The notes under the pieces were generated by a model. It was not told the DNA's origin and did not search any database. It saw only the letters and a program-made list of their open reading frames with translations. A stretch of DNA of 61,944 nucleotides, counting the filler, from Choristocarpus tenellus KU-1152 (lineage: Eukaryota; Protista; Phaeophyceae): NCBI GenBank assembly GCA_964200185.2. It is 8 parts of 8 records of this genome, joined end to end, with 100 filler letters (N's around TTAATTAATTAA, not from the genome) between each part and the next. Parts side by side here need not be neighbours in the genome. Positions count along the whole stretch, not along the records: positions 36,707 to 39,590 come from CAXNAD020023942.1; positions 39,691 to 44,157 come from CAXNAD020014408.1; positions 44,258 to 52,905 come from CAXNAD020004484.1; positions 53,006 to 59,256 come from CAXNAD020008569.1; 4 more parts are not named here. The stretch is one strand, 5' to 3'. Below, one piece after another: positions 39,531 through 53,049 of the stretch (position 1 is its first letter; every line of letters starts with the position of its first letter). The position numbers and the translations under genes are program-made.

Positions 39531-39590
39531 ACCCCCTCCACTTTTTCTTCTTTCTCAATTCATCTTTTTCCCTCCTTAAGACCAGACTCC

Positions 39591-39690
39591 NNNNNNNNNN
39601 NNNNNNNNNNNNNNNNNNNNNNNNNNNNNNNNNNTTAATTAATTAANNNNNNNNNNNNNNNNNNNNNNNNNNNNNNNNNNNNNNNNNNNN
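39591..39690. other. Artificial contig linker
   Basis: N44-TTAATTAATTAA-N44. Confidence 0.99.
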
Positions 39691-39838
39691 GTGAAATGTG
39701 TATGTGATGAAAGGTGTGTCCGGAATAAGGATGCTGACACTTCCTAACAAACACGATAGCCAAAATTATATCAAAATGGCAACATTGGATTGTGCCCCCC
39801 AAATGGACGCGGCTCTACCCTCTAAGATACTTTGGCTC
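39691..39838 (+). mobile_element. MITE family A, truncated at contig start
   Basis: Ends TACCCTCTAAGATACTTTGGCTC. Confidence 0.9.
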
Positions 39839-39929
39839 TTCTTCTCTCGCAGATTCCTTGAAAATGCAAGACTCTTAAGATGCGCATCAAAGCCTTACAT
39901 TGAACTGGAAGTGCGTGACGGGGCATGAC

Positions 39930-40475
39930 GAGGGACCGATCCGTGTGAATGATATTTTAACGGGACCAGTCCATGACCATCAAAGAGAATAATCGGACCA
40001 GAGCCATTGAGACGTATTATTCAATTAAACGGACCATGGACAACCCAGAAAAAATATGATGCATAATGAAGGCCAGACCTGGATCGTCAAAGTGCATTTC
40101 CAGACTGGGAATGGCCTAGCCCTATCCAGAATATATCATAACAAGGAAGCTCCGTGAGTATGACTTGGTGAGATAGATCAAATGTGTTCATTCCCATTTT
40201 TCACCATATCCGAAAGGGCGAGTAGGATAAACTAGAAAAAATGATAGACCAGGACCAGTCCAGACCCATCAAAGAATAAAACCGGAGAGGACCGGGCTGG
40301 GTAAAATATTTTTTAACAGGGTCGGACTAGGGCCATCGAGATTTTAAACTGGACCGGGTCACGGGCTGGCATGGTAATACGTTTTAAAATAAGGCAGGAC
40401 CAGGGAGCATCAGGATTGTAAACAGGACTGGGTCGTAGAATGGGTCATGGGTCCGATTCAGCCAGACGGTCCAGT
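39930..40475. repeat. Degenerate minisatellite-like array of GGNCC/GGACC clusters separated by AT-rich spacers
   Basis: Recurrent GGACCAGTCCA.GACC(C)ATCAAAGA and GGACCGGG motifs at irregular 30-45 bp spacing. Confidence 0.55.
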
Positions 40476-43400
40476 TAGCTGCCTATCCATCGTAAGACCC
40501 TGATATTATCATGATGGAGCCTATACATGAAACAATATCCCGATCGTACAATAGCAGATTCATATAGGATACAGTGTGCTATTATATTGATGGATCCTAA
40601 ACAGAAATAGTGACCCCAAATTCCTAGGGCACTCTTGACAATGTCGCACACAGTAGAAGAGAGTAACACTTTGTTTTCAGTTTAACTCCTAATAAACCGT
40701 ATGATATTGTGGGATGTCTTGGACCTCCAGTAAGCGAGGTATTAGCAGGCATGTCTAGCAATAAACTTGGACGTTGATGGTGAAATGTTGGTGTTGCAGC
40801 CTCATCCCACCAACATTGTATCTACAGCAACACTCACACAGAATAATAAAGAAGTAAAGCAATGCAACAGGATGACACGGTGGTATCGAGACCCAGTCAA
40901 CTAGAGCTCTCCTTGTACAAGCCAACCTTGTATGCCCTTAGTGCCAGGGTTGTGAAGCAGGCAAGAGTATCCCCATCCCCCCGATAGGTGAAGTTTAGGA
41001 CCCGGGTAGGAGTGAAAAATGGAAGCATTATTCTTAATAAGTCACCGCAGACCACCTCACAGCACAATCTACCTTTTACCATGCACCAGGTGTAGATGGG
41101 GGCTAAAAACCTCCGAGAGCTTATTGATCTTGTGTCACTTGCTTGTTGCACAAGAAAAAGCCCGATGCCCTTGCTTACTGCTTGTCAGAAATAGTATGCC
41201 AACGTGTGCATGTGACTTTTGTACGTGTCAAGGGTGACACGGAGATACTCATGAGATCGTCATATTAAGATAGTGTGGGACAGGCAAACACTCCCTTGAG
41301 TATGTCAGTGTCAGGTTCTATAAAAACCTACAATAACTAGCCTTTAGAACTGTTTTCGAAAGTCCGTAATTAGGCACGTATGCGTACTATAGGTTTTACT
41401 GTCAGGGCAGTTGGATGGTGCCGTGCACTACTACCATATTATTAATACTAGTATTTTGAATATTTAGTAACAAAGGTTATATTTAGAGGTGCACAATGAT
41501 TAATCGATTAATCTGGAGCATTTGACAAGCGACTTGCCAGCCTTGTCAAATATTCCATAGTATTTTGTTCATGAAGCACAGTCAACCGTTTATCAATCAT
41601 TCAATATGTAGAACTTGTTCGGAATTCAACAGTAAACCATATTCAATTGCTTCAACCAAAGAAGTTTTTTTTTTGCAGTTAGAAAATACTACGTACAACA
41701 AGTACTTCAAAACAATTTCCCAACAGAACATGCTCACAACACATAGTTGTCAAAAAAGACGATACACAGGATCTCGAAGATATATATATATAAAAGTGTT
41801 AGTGATCTCAGCAAGCTCTGCCAGGCCTTACAGCACACAGATACTGCCTAAGAAAGTTACAGAAATAGGAAGCCGTTCGGGTGACTTGTCTCGATCTTCT
41901 ATCGGTTTCGAACGATATCCAGTCCAGCAGCAACAGTAAAAGGCCATATTATTGTTGGAATCTGAGGATTGGTAAAGTAGCGTTTGGCTGTGTTGTGTAG
42001 GTGACTATATGACAATACAAAGGGGAAGGAGTGGGGGGGCGCCATCCACACACGCGTACGCACGCACGCACATTAAGAATAGTTTCATCGTCCCGCTGCA
42101 CTGCCAAATATCTACTCCACAGTACTACTACCATAAATAAAGCAATACCTGGATTATTAATGGTGAACACATTAATATGACAAAAAAAAAAAAGTTCCAA
42201 AGGGTGCGAGGGGATAAAAGTTCGATGCATGTTTGGTCGAACAAATAATACTCTGGAGTAGGTAGGAAAGGTGTTGATACTGCATTATTTGATGTGTGTG
42301 TATTTTATTCGATTGGAGTACATATTATTTTTCACTCCAAACTAAAGCAAAAGCACATTGTAGTGGAGTCTGTAGTACAACTATATGACTAACAACACTC
42401 AGCATGCGACTAATAATAAAGGAAAACGTGCGCGACCTAGCTTTTACAGAACATGATATTGTCGTAATCGGGTGCCTTATCAACACCATGCTTGTTCCCA
42501 AGTATTGATACCACAGTGGTAGTATTTTGAAACAACAGCTAACAACCGTTTTATCACCAAGAGATATGTCACTGAACCTGTATCTATTCGCCACGGCAAT
42601 TTATTGTACGAGTAGATAAGGAGACACCAACCTCATGCCTTGTGTTTGTAAACTACATTTGATCTCCACAATAAGCCTGCTAGTAGTTAGAACATACAAT
42701 TATTAGTAGTATTATTCAATAGCAAGATAAGGTTAAGTTCAAGTATTAGCGCAACATCCCTATGATGCATGTTGTAGTCAGTTATTGGTGTGGATCCGAG
42801 TGAAACTTACAAATTGTACTACTATCAGCCTTCCGGGGTGAGATTGAGGACGGTTTGATTTTTCGCGCGCATTTTAGACGCACGATTTTATAAACCGACA
42901 AATGATATCGTACTGGTTAGGTAATAGAGTCCGAAAAAAGTCAGTTGTCGAAACATTATTCTGTTTCGTCAATGAATTTCAGGGGTTCGAACCCCTCTCC
43001 ATACAGCAAGATCACGAGTAATTCTAGAGAGCCAAAGGGGGAAAGTTTCGAATATCTTGGATCTAGTTACTTCGGTGGAATTCCTGACGCCATGGTAGAT
43101 TGTGATAGGTGTGCTGTTTTTAATAGTTCAAGGGGAATAGGTAAACATGTGTGTGGGGGGTTATCCTTGTATGATTTTCTACGCGTGATCGTACGCACGA
43201 TCAAATGGAATGTATTAAGCTACTTCTACACCTAGCAAGAGCGACTTCCTTGATCCATAAGTAAGCACGATTGTCCATTGCATTAATATCATCCATAGGT
43301 CACTGCCATGGATAAATTCTTCTGATTTTTCCAAATTCGACGTCGCAAATACTGCAGATAGATTTTACACCTATACATAACCTGTACTGTTCGATGTGTT

Positions 43401-43715
43401 GCTATACAACAAAAACCCCAGACCAAGAACGAGGTGACAACGCTTCATTGCCGCCAACCAATGCTGTGGGAATCAAGGCACAATCCGAGACAGTACAACA
43501 AGTCGCATTGCAACATAAAGTTTCAACAGTAGGTGTGTGTACAGGACGGTATAATCCCCAGTCCCCGAACTACAGAGTGAAGAAATCAATCAGAGTATAT
43601 AACAGGGGTGGCAGGATCGATATATTAGTATATTTGGTGTGGGTCTTGTCACGCCCCAAATCGCACAACAAGCAGCCACATAATCTAATCACTTTCCCAG
43701 AATGCATCCAGCAAA

Positions 43716-43972
43716 GAGCCAAAGTAACTTTGAGGGTAGAGTTGTATCCATTTGGGCGTCAAAATCCAATGTTGCGATTTTGATGTAAGTTTGGTCATGT
43801 TTGTTAGGAAGTGTCAATATCCATGTTCTGGACACACCTTTTCATAACATACATTTTACCGACTCCGAAATATTTTGGAGTAGGTAAAATGTCATAAAAT
43901 AAAAACATGGGAAGCCAAGCCTCGCATGGACAAACAGGGCAAAACTCGTACCCTCTAAGATACTTTCACTCC
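43716..43972 (-). mobile_element. MITE family A, full length
   Basis: GAGCCAAAGTAACTT ... TAAGATACTTTCACTC; flanks (C)AAA/(C)AAA. Confidence 0.9.
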
Positions 43973-44157
43973 AAAACACTCTGGTCAGATGAGTTTGGCA
44001 TGACTTGCACTTTGCAAACTCTGAGACAGATTTTCTACTGCAGTCTAGCAATGTCTCCACCTCTGTTTGGATTACTTCCTCCCAGTGCAACAAGGTGTTC
44101 GTAGATAGTGCTGCTGATACACTATAGACACCACTGGTGGATTATGTGATAGGGTAG

Positions 44158-44257
44158 NNNNNNNNNNNNNNNNNNNNNNNNNNNNNNNNNNNNNNNNNNN
44201 NTTAATTAATTAANNNNNNNNNNNNNNNNNNNNNNNNNNNNNNNNNNNNNNNNNNNN
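44158..44257. other. Artificial contig linker
   Basis: N44-TTAATTAATTAA-N44. Confidence 0.99.
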
Positions 44258-44452
44258 ATATAAAAAAAACAAAAAAAAAAAAAAAAAAAAAAAAAATTGA
44301 AAAAAATTCCCCCCCCATCCCCCCCCCCCCCCCCCCCCCACCCCCCACAACCAAGAAATCTCAAACATACCAAACACATTCAGCAACTATTTTATTTTTA
44401 TGTCCTACAGTCTGACACACTCGATTGAGGGAATAAAATTAATGAAACGCAC

Positions 44453-44638
44453 CTGCTCAATGCCAAAGTTCCTGTTCCAGGAGTTGAGCACGCCCAGCTT
44501 ATGCTTGTGGACCTGTCCACTACGTTGGTCGACACAACCCAAGTTGAGACGGCTAACAAACCGGACGTCTGGGCAAGTGTCTGGGTAGTTTTCCCCGCAG
44601 TGTAACCTCAATGTGTACAGCCTGCCCTCATGTTGGGT
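44453..44638 (-). CDS. UEV1: Ubiquitin-conjugating enzyme E2 variant (UEV1/MMS2), internal exon
   Basis: TQHEGRLYTLRLHCGENYPDTCPDVRFVSRLNLGCVD...WNRNFGIEQ; AG/GT boundaries. Confidence 0.92.
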
Positions 44639-45703
44639 CTGGCTTAGGAGGGGTGTGTGGATGGGGTACAACAGTAGGGCACAAACAGGGTAAGGGTAGA
44701 TATTGGCAAAAAGCAACTCAGGTTTGGGGATTTTCTCAGCTTAGATCAGGGTGCACAATGATAGAGAGGGGCACATGACCTTGGGTCTGAGATGGGCAGG
44801 AAGGAACATTCCACTCTTTCAGGCAGGTTACTCACAAGCAGGAAGATGAAAAGCAGAGCAGGCAAATTGAATTAAGAGAGCCGGTGTAAATAGGCAATGC
44901 AAGACATCTGTTGCAAAAAGATAAGGGGAGTTCCCTTTTACACAATAGTTGGTGAGTTCCAACCTGCAGGAGCATTCCCACTGTGTATACACACATCAGC
45001 ATCAAAATACTTCTCTGAGCACGACCGGTGCTTTGATAAGGTGAAGAGAATAGCCCTTCCATTTTCAATCACTCATCAAGACTGGTGTTGCATTGATTCC
45101 AAGTACATCTCTGGTACCCATACTATCAAGTATGTTGGAGTACATACGTGCATCACTAAACAGATAAACAGCAAGGGATCCTTACTTCAGACTTCACAGG
45201 AACATTTTCTCCCTGTTTGAACAATAGCCCAAGTCTTACGAAAATGTAAGCCTTGTTTCTAAACATTCCAAATGGAGGCATACTCTGTACACTCAAAAAT
45301 AATAAATAAAAGATCCCAGTCGAAGGGTAGAGAACGCATGGCGTCTTACCACACGAGGTCACATTTTCTCTACACCACTGTTGCACCAACTAGCCTGTGA
45401 ACACCCTGTGGCATATAACCCATAGCACTTTTCATTTTTCAATGGCTGTCCATGAGGGATGCAAAGTTAATTTCCTCGTGTATATTGGAGCATACTTTAG
45501 GTTCCTGAACTTCAAATTAGAGAGGAAATGGGTGGAGTTCAAGATATCTCACACAGAAAACACCCACAAATCTCAAATCACATGATAAAAAAGGAGCTTC
45601 CTTTGAAAAAGACATGAAATATCACCATATCCATTCTCCTGTTTTTGTTGAAGCAGATGCGAAAAGTGCTTGCCTACACACCTCACATATCTCTTGAACT
45701 CAC

Positions 45704-45843
45704 CCCATTCGGACCAAGGATTGTTCCGTTCCAGTCAGTCATGAAAATGTCCTCCCCATCCACCAGGCCGAAGCTTACGCTGTGGTCACCCACTCCCTTC
45801 TCCCCCTTTTCCAGCTCTTCCAACAGCTTAAAGTTCCGTGGAA
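45704..45843 (-). CDS. UEV1: UEV1/MMS2 exon
   Basis: (V)[46 protein letters not shown], the conserved UEV N-terminus; first and last exons not located. Confidence 0.93.
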
Positions 45844-47792
45844 CTGAAGGAATTGAGATCATGAGATAACATACTGGGTAAGAGGATTTGACTTTGATGC
45901 CTCCCAGACATCGTACTACTCAAGAAGGCTTGGCATACCCCCACCAGCCATTGGCTAGATAAATAATGAGCATGCTGTTTCCTTGAGCCCCACCCCAAAA
46001 CCTTCAAAACACTCCAAACACAAGGTGCAAGTATGATGAGGCACCCTCATTTATTACATACCTTACATTCGCAGGCACAACCAGTAACCCCAATAGATGA
46101 ACATCTACAGCATGTTGCCACAGATCTTCCAGGTAGCTCTGCAAAAGGTAGGGTAGAAATACTGTGGCCATTCTACTCCCTGAGATGATTTACAGCCAGC
46201 AAATGAAATCTTACCCCTACCTGGGACTAAAAAAAGAAACCCCTGGAAGACTTTATTTGATCACAATCACAATCACCATTAGTATTGAATACCGCATCTC
46301 AATGCGCCTCTATCAGCAAGAACACCATGAGTGATGGGTGAATTGCCACCAGGGAGGGTAGCAAAAAACTTGCTGGATGGGATGCATAGATACTCCGATA
46401 AATGTTTTGAGGGATTTTGTGAGTACTATCCTCGGGCAAGTCCATGACCTACAAAGGATATGAGTTTATTTATTACAGTAATCGGATGGTTTGAGTTGTT
46501 CGTCCCGCAGGGCCAATGTGAACGATAGGAGAGAAGGCGGAAACAACCAGGCCACGCCATCTCAGACACATGCCGTAACACGAGCCTTCCTTATACATGT
46601 TCGTTTGCATATGGCTATCTAATGATGGCGCCATCCTCTCTATCAGGTAACTTGACGTTACATGCAGTTATGATCTACGGGCGCGCTCTCTGATCTGCAA
46701 GTGTTGCCCTTGCTTACTTTGACTATATGACAACCAACAACAAACTCGAGGGGTACTGGCGGGAAAATTCCACACTCTACATCCAAGTTCTCAAGCACAA
46801 TCGACGAGGTGAGACAAGAGCCTGCATTCGACTCCCTTGGCTCATCAAGCCATGCCTTAGAGAGAAAAGAAGCGAAGTACAAGAGGACACGGGAAACAGT
46901 CAAGGATCCAGGACGCTGTCAACGATCCCAATCCAAGCAATGAAGGTACGCTCTAACCTATGATTTAGCAACTGGGGCTGAAACAAATTCAATTTCTGAC
47001 AGAGGCACAAGGTTTCCTCCCTTTGAAAGGTTCCAAACAGCACACACCTAAATATGCCTTCCCCGTGCCCGCAGGTCTAGAGGACAGGGTATGTAACTCC
47101 TGCTAGAGCTTCTTGTAGACTCGGGGTCTAAATCCGTTAGCACCAAACTTCCCAGTTAACGGTATGTCGTCATAATTGAGTCCTAGAGTCTTCTGAAGTC
47201 CAAGGGAACACGACAACAACTACAAAAATAATACCCTTTTCGCTCCAATTGCTGGAAGACCAGGGGTCCAAGAATCATTATAGTTGAGTGTGCTTGTTTC
47301 GATAGGCGTGCGGAGATCTCTTCTTCGTACGGCATCTTGCCTTGCACCTTGGAAATATATATATGTTAAAATGCCCACGGTTCGCCTCAGGTTAGAACTT
47401 CATTTAGGGGAACTTTCCCGAGTCATGCTCACCCATGATTACTTCTCCGGTCGATGTGGTCATCATGATGCTGCAGATGATTATCCAGACAAAATTGTAG
47501 GGTGTATGCAATGCCCTTATCCCTTGCGTTGCCTGGCAGAGCACAACGCTGGATTCACTAGGGGCTTTGTGTTCCCCACCCCAATCTCGAAGAGGACTTC
47601 GACTCTCCACCAACTTCCCTAACCCTACAGTATGGTTGAAACTACATACTTCAAACTTCACACTGATATATATACCTTGATATTTTTATATTTGTACACT
47701 GCTAATCTTGTGTTCGCGTAACTTCGTTTACAACTCGACATACGATGCATTAGAACACCATGGGACCGTTCAGTCCCTCAACCTGACAAACG

Positions 47793-50299
47793 ATGCCTAG
47801 CGATTCCACAAAGGATGTTCACCTAGAGGCTCGACCCTGGGGGTGGTTATTTCGCGCAATTTGGTTCTGCTCACCAAGGGAAGGAGAGGAAGGGGTTCAC
47901 GCGCAAGGCTCCTGTCCCGTCGTGCTTAGAGTTCCTGATACTGTGCTTATCGAACATGGCAAACCACAAAAGTGGCTGGGATTATCTTCAAGGGGAGTAT
48001 TGGTCCGCCGAAGCTTTCACGCAAAAGAGTCAATCTCGGTAACAAGTCCAATGGCTTCATTAGGACACGAAGGGGAGATTCAGAGACATAGGCGTAAAGC
48101 CGGTGCCCAGGGAGGATCTTCACTCAGTACTCCCGATGAAGAACAAGTTCGAGATCGTATCCACACCATCCGAGACGCTTTTGTGGCGTTCGTTCAACCA
48201 CCAGACACAGATGCACCATTGTGCATGGCCTGGTACAAAGATGGGACAAACGAGGTGTTGTGCACTAGGAGCCTTGACACTCTTTCAGGGTTCCAGAATT
48301 GGTTAGTATCTCTTGCTGGTCTCCAGGCTTATATTCGACCCGCTCGCACGGGAACAGGAGTTTACAATGTGGTAGGGGATAGACATAATCACTATTCCAA
48401 GTCAAATTGGCAAAGGTGTAAAGAACTTAGTCTGAGCAGGGACGGAAATAGAGCAAGTAGCACAGCCTCGAATCGCAGAATCGGCGATATTCAATCCGTC
48501 AGCACCCATTCAGACGCGGGAGTTTCTAGTATAGAGATTCTCGACGATGTAAGCTCTGTGTCATCTTTCAGCGCACTGTCAAGTACCCCCACTGATCCTC
48601 ATGGGGAAGTCCCCATCGCTCCCCACAACCATGTTCTGGATGCTTGTGCAGCAGAACTCGCATTTGTGGTCGAGGCGTCTTGTGCAATGCCAGATTTCAC
48701 CATTTCCACTCGAGACGTAAGGTCACAGAATTTCCTAGGAAAACGGCGCTGGACAGGTGCCGAATCTCAGGGGGCCCATTTGGGGAAAGGGAAGGTAGCA
48801 GAAAAGGGATCACCACTCAATGGGAGGGATAATTGCCGCCCCAAACCCTGCGCAAACCTCTTGGTGGCTCGTCTCGAGGCAGAATTTATTGTTGACGATG
48901 ATGGTCATGCGTGGTTCAGTCACCCCCTAGAGATCATGGTGCAGCGGCGGGTACCAACGCACTTGCAAGTTGAGGCTGAGGTTGCAGAGGGTTGTGAGGT
49001 GGAGGAGCACGAAGTTCGGCATGCAGTAGCTGCTGCCCAAAATTTGAAAAAGCTTTTGGGTTTGTCATATAGACGGGGTCTAGAAGTGGCGGATGCCTTC
49101 CGTCATTTCGATCCTAACAAGAGAGGTGTTGCAGGCCAGCAAGAGTTGAGGGAGGGCATGAGACGTCTTGGGGTTAACCTGTCCCCGGAGTCCACAAGGA
49201 TAGTGATTGGGCTGATCACAGACACCCCATTACCCGACTCCAGATGTAAGAGAGATTTCTCTTCCTGTGAACACAATCTGATCTCCAGAGCAAGAGGAGG
49301 GATCAATGAGCAGGCTCAGGGTGGTCAGACCAAGCAAGGAGATGAGGAATGTCCTGTTGACACAAGGTTGCAGTTACTTCATAAAAAGGGACAAGAGAGA
49401 CGAGGGCAGAGGTCGTGGGGGTTGCAGGGTGGGAGGACCAAAATCAACGGACAACAGTATCAAGTGCACTCCTTCAACCTGGGAGATCTAGAACGCTTTG
49501 CTTCAGCTCCATTGAGAGTCGAGGGATATCTAGAGGAGGGTGCAAGAGAGGAGAAAGAGAGGCAGGTAGATTGGCTGAAGCAGAGAAAGAAATCGAGTTT
49601 GGTACAGCAAACCGAATTGCAGGACAGGAGTTGTGTCAATGCAAGCAGCACCAACAGAGGATCAGCACTGTCCCTGGGCAAGAGGTCAAGGGAAAATGGA
49701 TGTTCACAAGACCAAGAGAAACTTGATCCTCAGAAACATGGATATCATTCCCCAGGGCAATATCAACACGACTGTATAAATAATTTTGGGAAAGATCCCT
49801 CACACATGGGTAGTAGCAGGAAATTTCAAGGCCAATGGTCAATCAAGTCGACTACTGGCATATCTGAACGGTTTTCTGATCCCAATACCCTAAGACACAT
49901 GCCTGCTCCATACCAAGGCCAGGTTCAGGAAGGTGCTAAGTATGCTAGGTTTGATAGTGTCGGCAAGGGGAAAGAACTAGAGGGGAGGCCGAGTCTGATG
50001 GGCAGGGGTGTCAGCAAGGAGGAAATAACAAGCAAGGCATTAAATATTGATGGAAGCCATAGGATTGCAAGGGGAGGGAATAGTAATAGCTATGGCTGCA
50101 TGAAGGATGGGGTTGAAAGGGATGACGAGAGTGACAACATGTGTGCTCTCCGAGACGCCAAACTGTGCCTCGGGTCCAGAAAATCTGGGGAGCCAGACGG
50201 ACTCCTACCCTTATCAGTACTGGAGTGCACCTCCTTTCCATGTGATGACCTGGTGGCAGAGGCAGCTTCTGGTCGAGACTCCGTTTTTTTTGTGGACCG
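47793..50299 (+). CDS. Large protein with EF-hand-like motif, long first exon
   Basis: 836-aa open frame; AFRHFDPNKRGVAGQQELREGMRRLG EF-hand; donor CG|GTGAGT at 50300. Confidence 0.85.
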
Positions 50300-50728
50300 G
50301 TGAGTTATAGATGATTGTCCAGCAAGGTCAGATGTTCAAGCGGTGGGGGATTTGAGCTTATTGAGGAGAGAGGTTCCTGGGGAATTGGTCTTCAACATTG
50401 ATCAGAAAATATACTTCTTGATACTGCCATCTACACTTGAGGCGGACAGAGCAATGTTAGATTCCAATGGCCACTTTCAAGCCCATTAATGCAAACCACC
50501 CTTTGCCTCAAGAAGGGTATGAGCATCCATTGACTTTCATCCTTGACTGCTCCCTAATCAATCTCCCTCAAAGTATGGGGCCTCCAAAGCAATTACGCAT
50601 CCCCAGCCCGTAAAGCCCATATCTCCCAATTAACTGAAACATATCTCTTAAACCCATATCATTACGCTTTACGTGAAGCAACATTCCCCATATCGTTCGA
50701 TTCATTTCCTTGCCCCCTTCACCTTCAG

Positions 50729-51107
50729 AGGACTGGTGATTGCCTACCGGCTGCTCAGACATTCGAGGAGTCATTCTATGGACCAAGCCTCAGTCGCTCC
50801 ACGTCCCAATTCAGTCAGTGCTCCAAACAACACAGCAGATCGAGACAATTGGAGGATGCTGCCTCGTGCTGGAATGGAACAAACAGCCAAGAGACTGCCG
50901 GACTGGAGTGCAGATAACACCTTCTCTTCAGGACAAGCCCCTGTTCTATTGGTTGCCATACCCGGGGTGTTTCAGACACTAGATACATTGGAAAATATTG
51001 TCTCCCCTCTGCTGGCGGCACATAGTGGAGGGCTCATGGTACTGCTGGTGGGTCCACCAGGGTTGCCCAACACTCATTGGCGGTCAGGGATGAATCTCAC
51101 TGGAGAG
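50729..51107 (+). CDS. Second exon of the same gene; start of an alpha/beta-hydrolase-like domain
   Basis: Phase-compatible acceptor TTCAG|A; PVLLVAIPGVFQTLDTLE...VLLVGPPGLPNTHW; donor GAG|GTGAGC. Confidence 0.75.
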
Positions 51108-51917
51108 GTGAGCGTGATAAGGACTCTACTATGTAGCAAAATAGGAGCTGTGAAAAAGTCATCCCATGTGATGGAAAAGCAAGTAAGGAGGGTCTAAGAC
51201 TTCACGCCAAGTATTTGATCTTGTTGCAAAGTTGAATTCGCGAGACCAGAAAATGAACCTTGCATTGTATTTGTTGGCGACCGAGAAATAGGGACCTCTG
51301 TTGAAGTTTGCGGCTGTAGAAGCAAATGATGAATGGCACAATGGGTTATAATGATGGCGATAATACTATTCCAGAGTACACCAGTACAGGGTTTAAGGTG
51401 CTGGAGGTGTAGAACAGAAGAAGAAGAAGCACAGTTACACCGATAGAGCAGTAGGATGCATTTGCCATCGTGAGCAATATGTGTAACCCTTTCAATCATA
51501 CCTCATTCTCATAATTTTCGCCTCTTGAAGCAACTCTCTTGATTGGACAGTTAGGTGCTCAGGAAACATAAGTGTTTGCAGCGGAAGAGAAAGAAACAGA
51601 TCACAGTGTCTGAGAGCATGTGTTTTTTTTGCCTTGAACAGCATTATGTTTGGTGCTAGCGTTATCCTAGCTCGTTCAGTCTGCAGCCAAGATAGTTCAC
51701 AACGAAACTCCTCCAGGACAACAACTTCAAGCCCATTTGCTCAAATGAATGCCACCCAGAAAAACTCTTAGAGTACATTTGCCCTATGTCCGTTGTCCAG
51801 ACAATAATCGGATTCTGTTTCGGTCTGTGACATGCATCGTTCCTCACAACACTTAGAGCCCGTCTCTTTGCGACACCCATTTTGTCCATGGCAACATTCT
51901 ATTTAACGCCATCACAA

Positions 51918-52180
51918 GAGTCAAAACATTAAAGAAGGTAGGGTTGCGTCGGTTCAGGATCATAAATCCAAAGTTGCGAATTTGATGCAATTTTGGCTAT
52001 CGTGTTTGTTTGCAAGTGCCAATAAATATCCTTGCTCTGGACACACTTTCCATAGCGGTATACATTTTAGGTAACTGTGTTCACACAGAAAACCGAAAAA
52101 GGGCGCAAAAGACCCGTGGAAAGTCAAGCCCCGAAAACACAAACAGAGCAAAACTCCTACCCTCTTAAATGCTTTGGGTC
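51918..52180 (-). mobile_element. Diverged MITE family A copy
   Basis: Decayed TIRs GAGTCAAAACATT ... TACCCTCTTAAATGCTTTGGGTC; flanks CAA/CAA. Confidence 0.75.
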
Positions 52181-52668
52181 CAATTGGTTTAATGTTCATT
52201 CAAAATTGCCTACAAGAGAGTTCAACGTCCAGGACAGACCTTGGAGTCTTTTCACTCAAAACGGTGCGATCCAAGTACAATGTTCAGAGTCCTTTTTGAT
52301 CTATACCAAACCTTGTCCAGTGCAAAACTCAGAGTCCATTTCTTTCCAGCACACATCTTGTCTGGGTTAGCACTCGGATTTCGTTTGCTCTGTAACCATC
52401 TCTTTACAGGACAAGGCTTGTGACCTTTTTATTCTGTGACGCACACATCACCATGTCTACAACATGCGAGCATTTTAGGTCAAAGCTTCAGGAGCGGTTT
52501 TTTGTTTTCCATTCATAGGATGAAATATGCATGTGTTCAAGTAAAGTGTTGATTCTACACAATTTGTTTCCTATTTTTGAGGGCACACTACACTGAAAAG
52601 TTTGGCCTTCTGGCATGATGATGGGTCGGTAAACTACTGCACAAAGAAATCACACGATTCAAAAGAAG

Positions 52669-52905
52669 GAGTCAAAGTATCTTAGAGGGTAGAGCCGCGT
52701 CCATTTGGGGGTCAAAATACAATGTTGCGATTTTGATGTAATTTTGGCTATTGTATTGTTATGAAGTGACAATATCTATGTTTCGGACACACCTTTTCAT
52801 AACATATACATTTAACCTACTCCTAAACAATTTGGAGTAGGAAAATGTCATGAAAAGCCCACGGGAAGCCAATCCCCAAATGGAAAAAAAAAGAAAAAAT
52901 CGTAC
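52669..52905 (-). mobile_element. MITE family A, truncated at contig end
   Basis: GAGTCAAAGTATCTTAGAGGGTAGAG start. Confidence 0.9.
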
Positions 52906-53005
52906 NNNNNNNNNNNNNNNNNNNNNNNNNNNNNNNNNNNNNNNNNNNNTTAATTAATTAANNNNNNNNNNNNNNNNNNNNNNNNNNNNNNNNNNNNNNN
53001 NNNNN
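52906..53005. other. Artificial contig linker
   Basis: N44-TTAATTAATTAA-N44. Confidence 0.99.
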
Positions 53006-53049
53006 AAACCAGCCCCCCCCCCACCCCACCCCCCCAGATACTTTGACCC
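53006..53049. mobile_element. MITE end (foldback family) at contig start
   Basis: CCCCACCCCCCAGATACTTTGACCC. Confidence 0.75.

Noticed and set aside
40871-40960. Possible 90-nt internal exon (DDTVVSRPSQLELSLYKPTLYALSARVVKQ)
   Set aside because: Splice signals are plausible, but there is no recognisable homology or partner exon.
41300-43400. AT-rich stretch as a giant-virus insertion
   Set aside because: No hallmark viral motif found in any frame I examined.
44258-44346. Poly-A/poly-C tract as retroposon tail or G-quadruplex
   Set aside because: Low-quality contig edge; similar homopolymer noise at 21515-21547 and 39506-39528 lies in MITE ends next to gaps.
46540-46700. First coding exon of UEV1
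   Set aside because: No ATG-plus-donor candidate was convincing.
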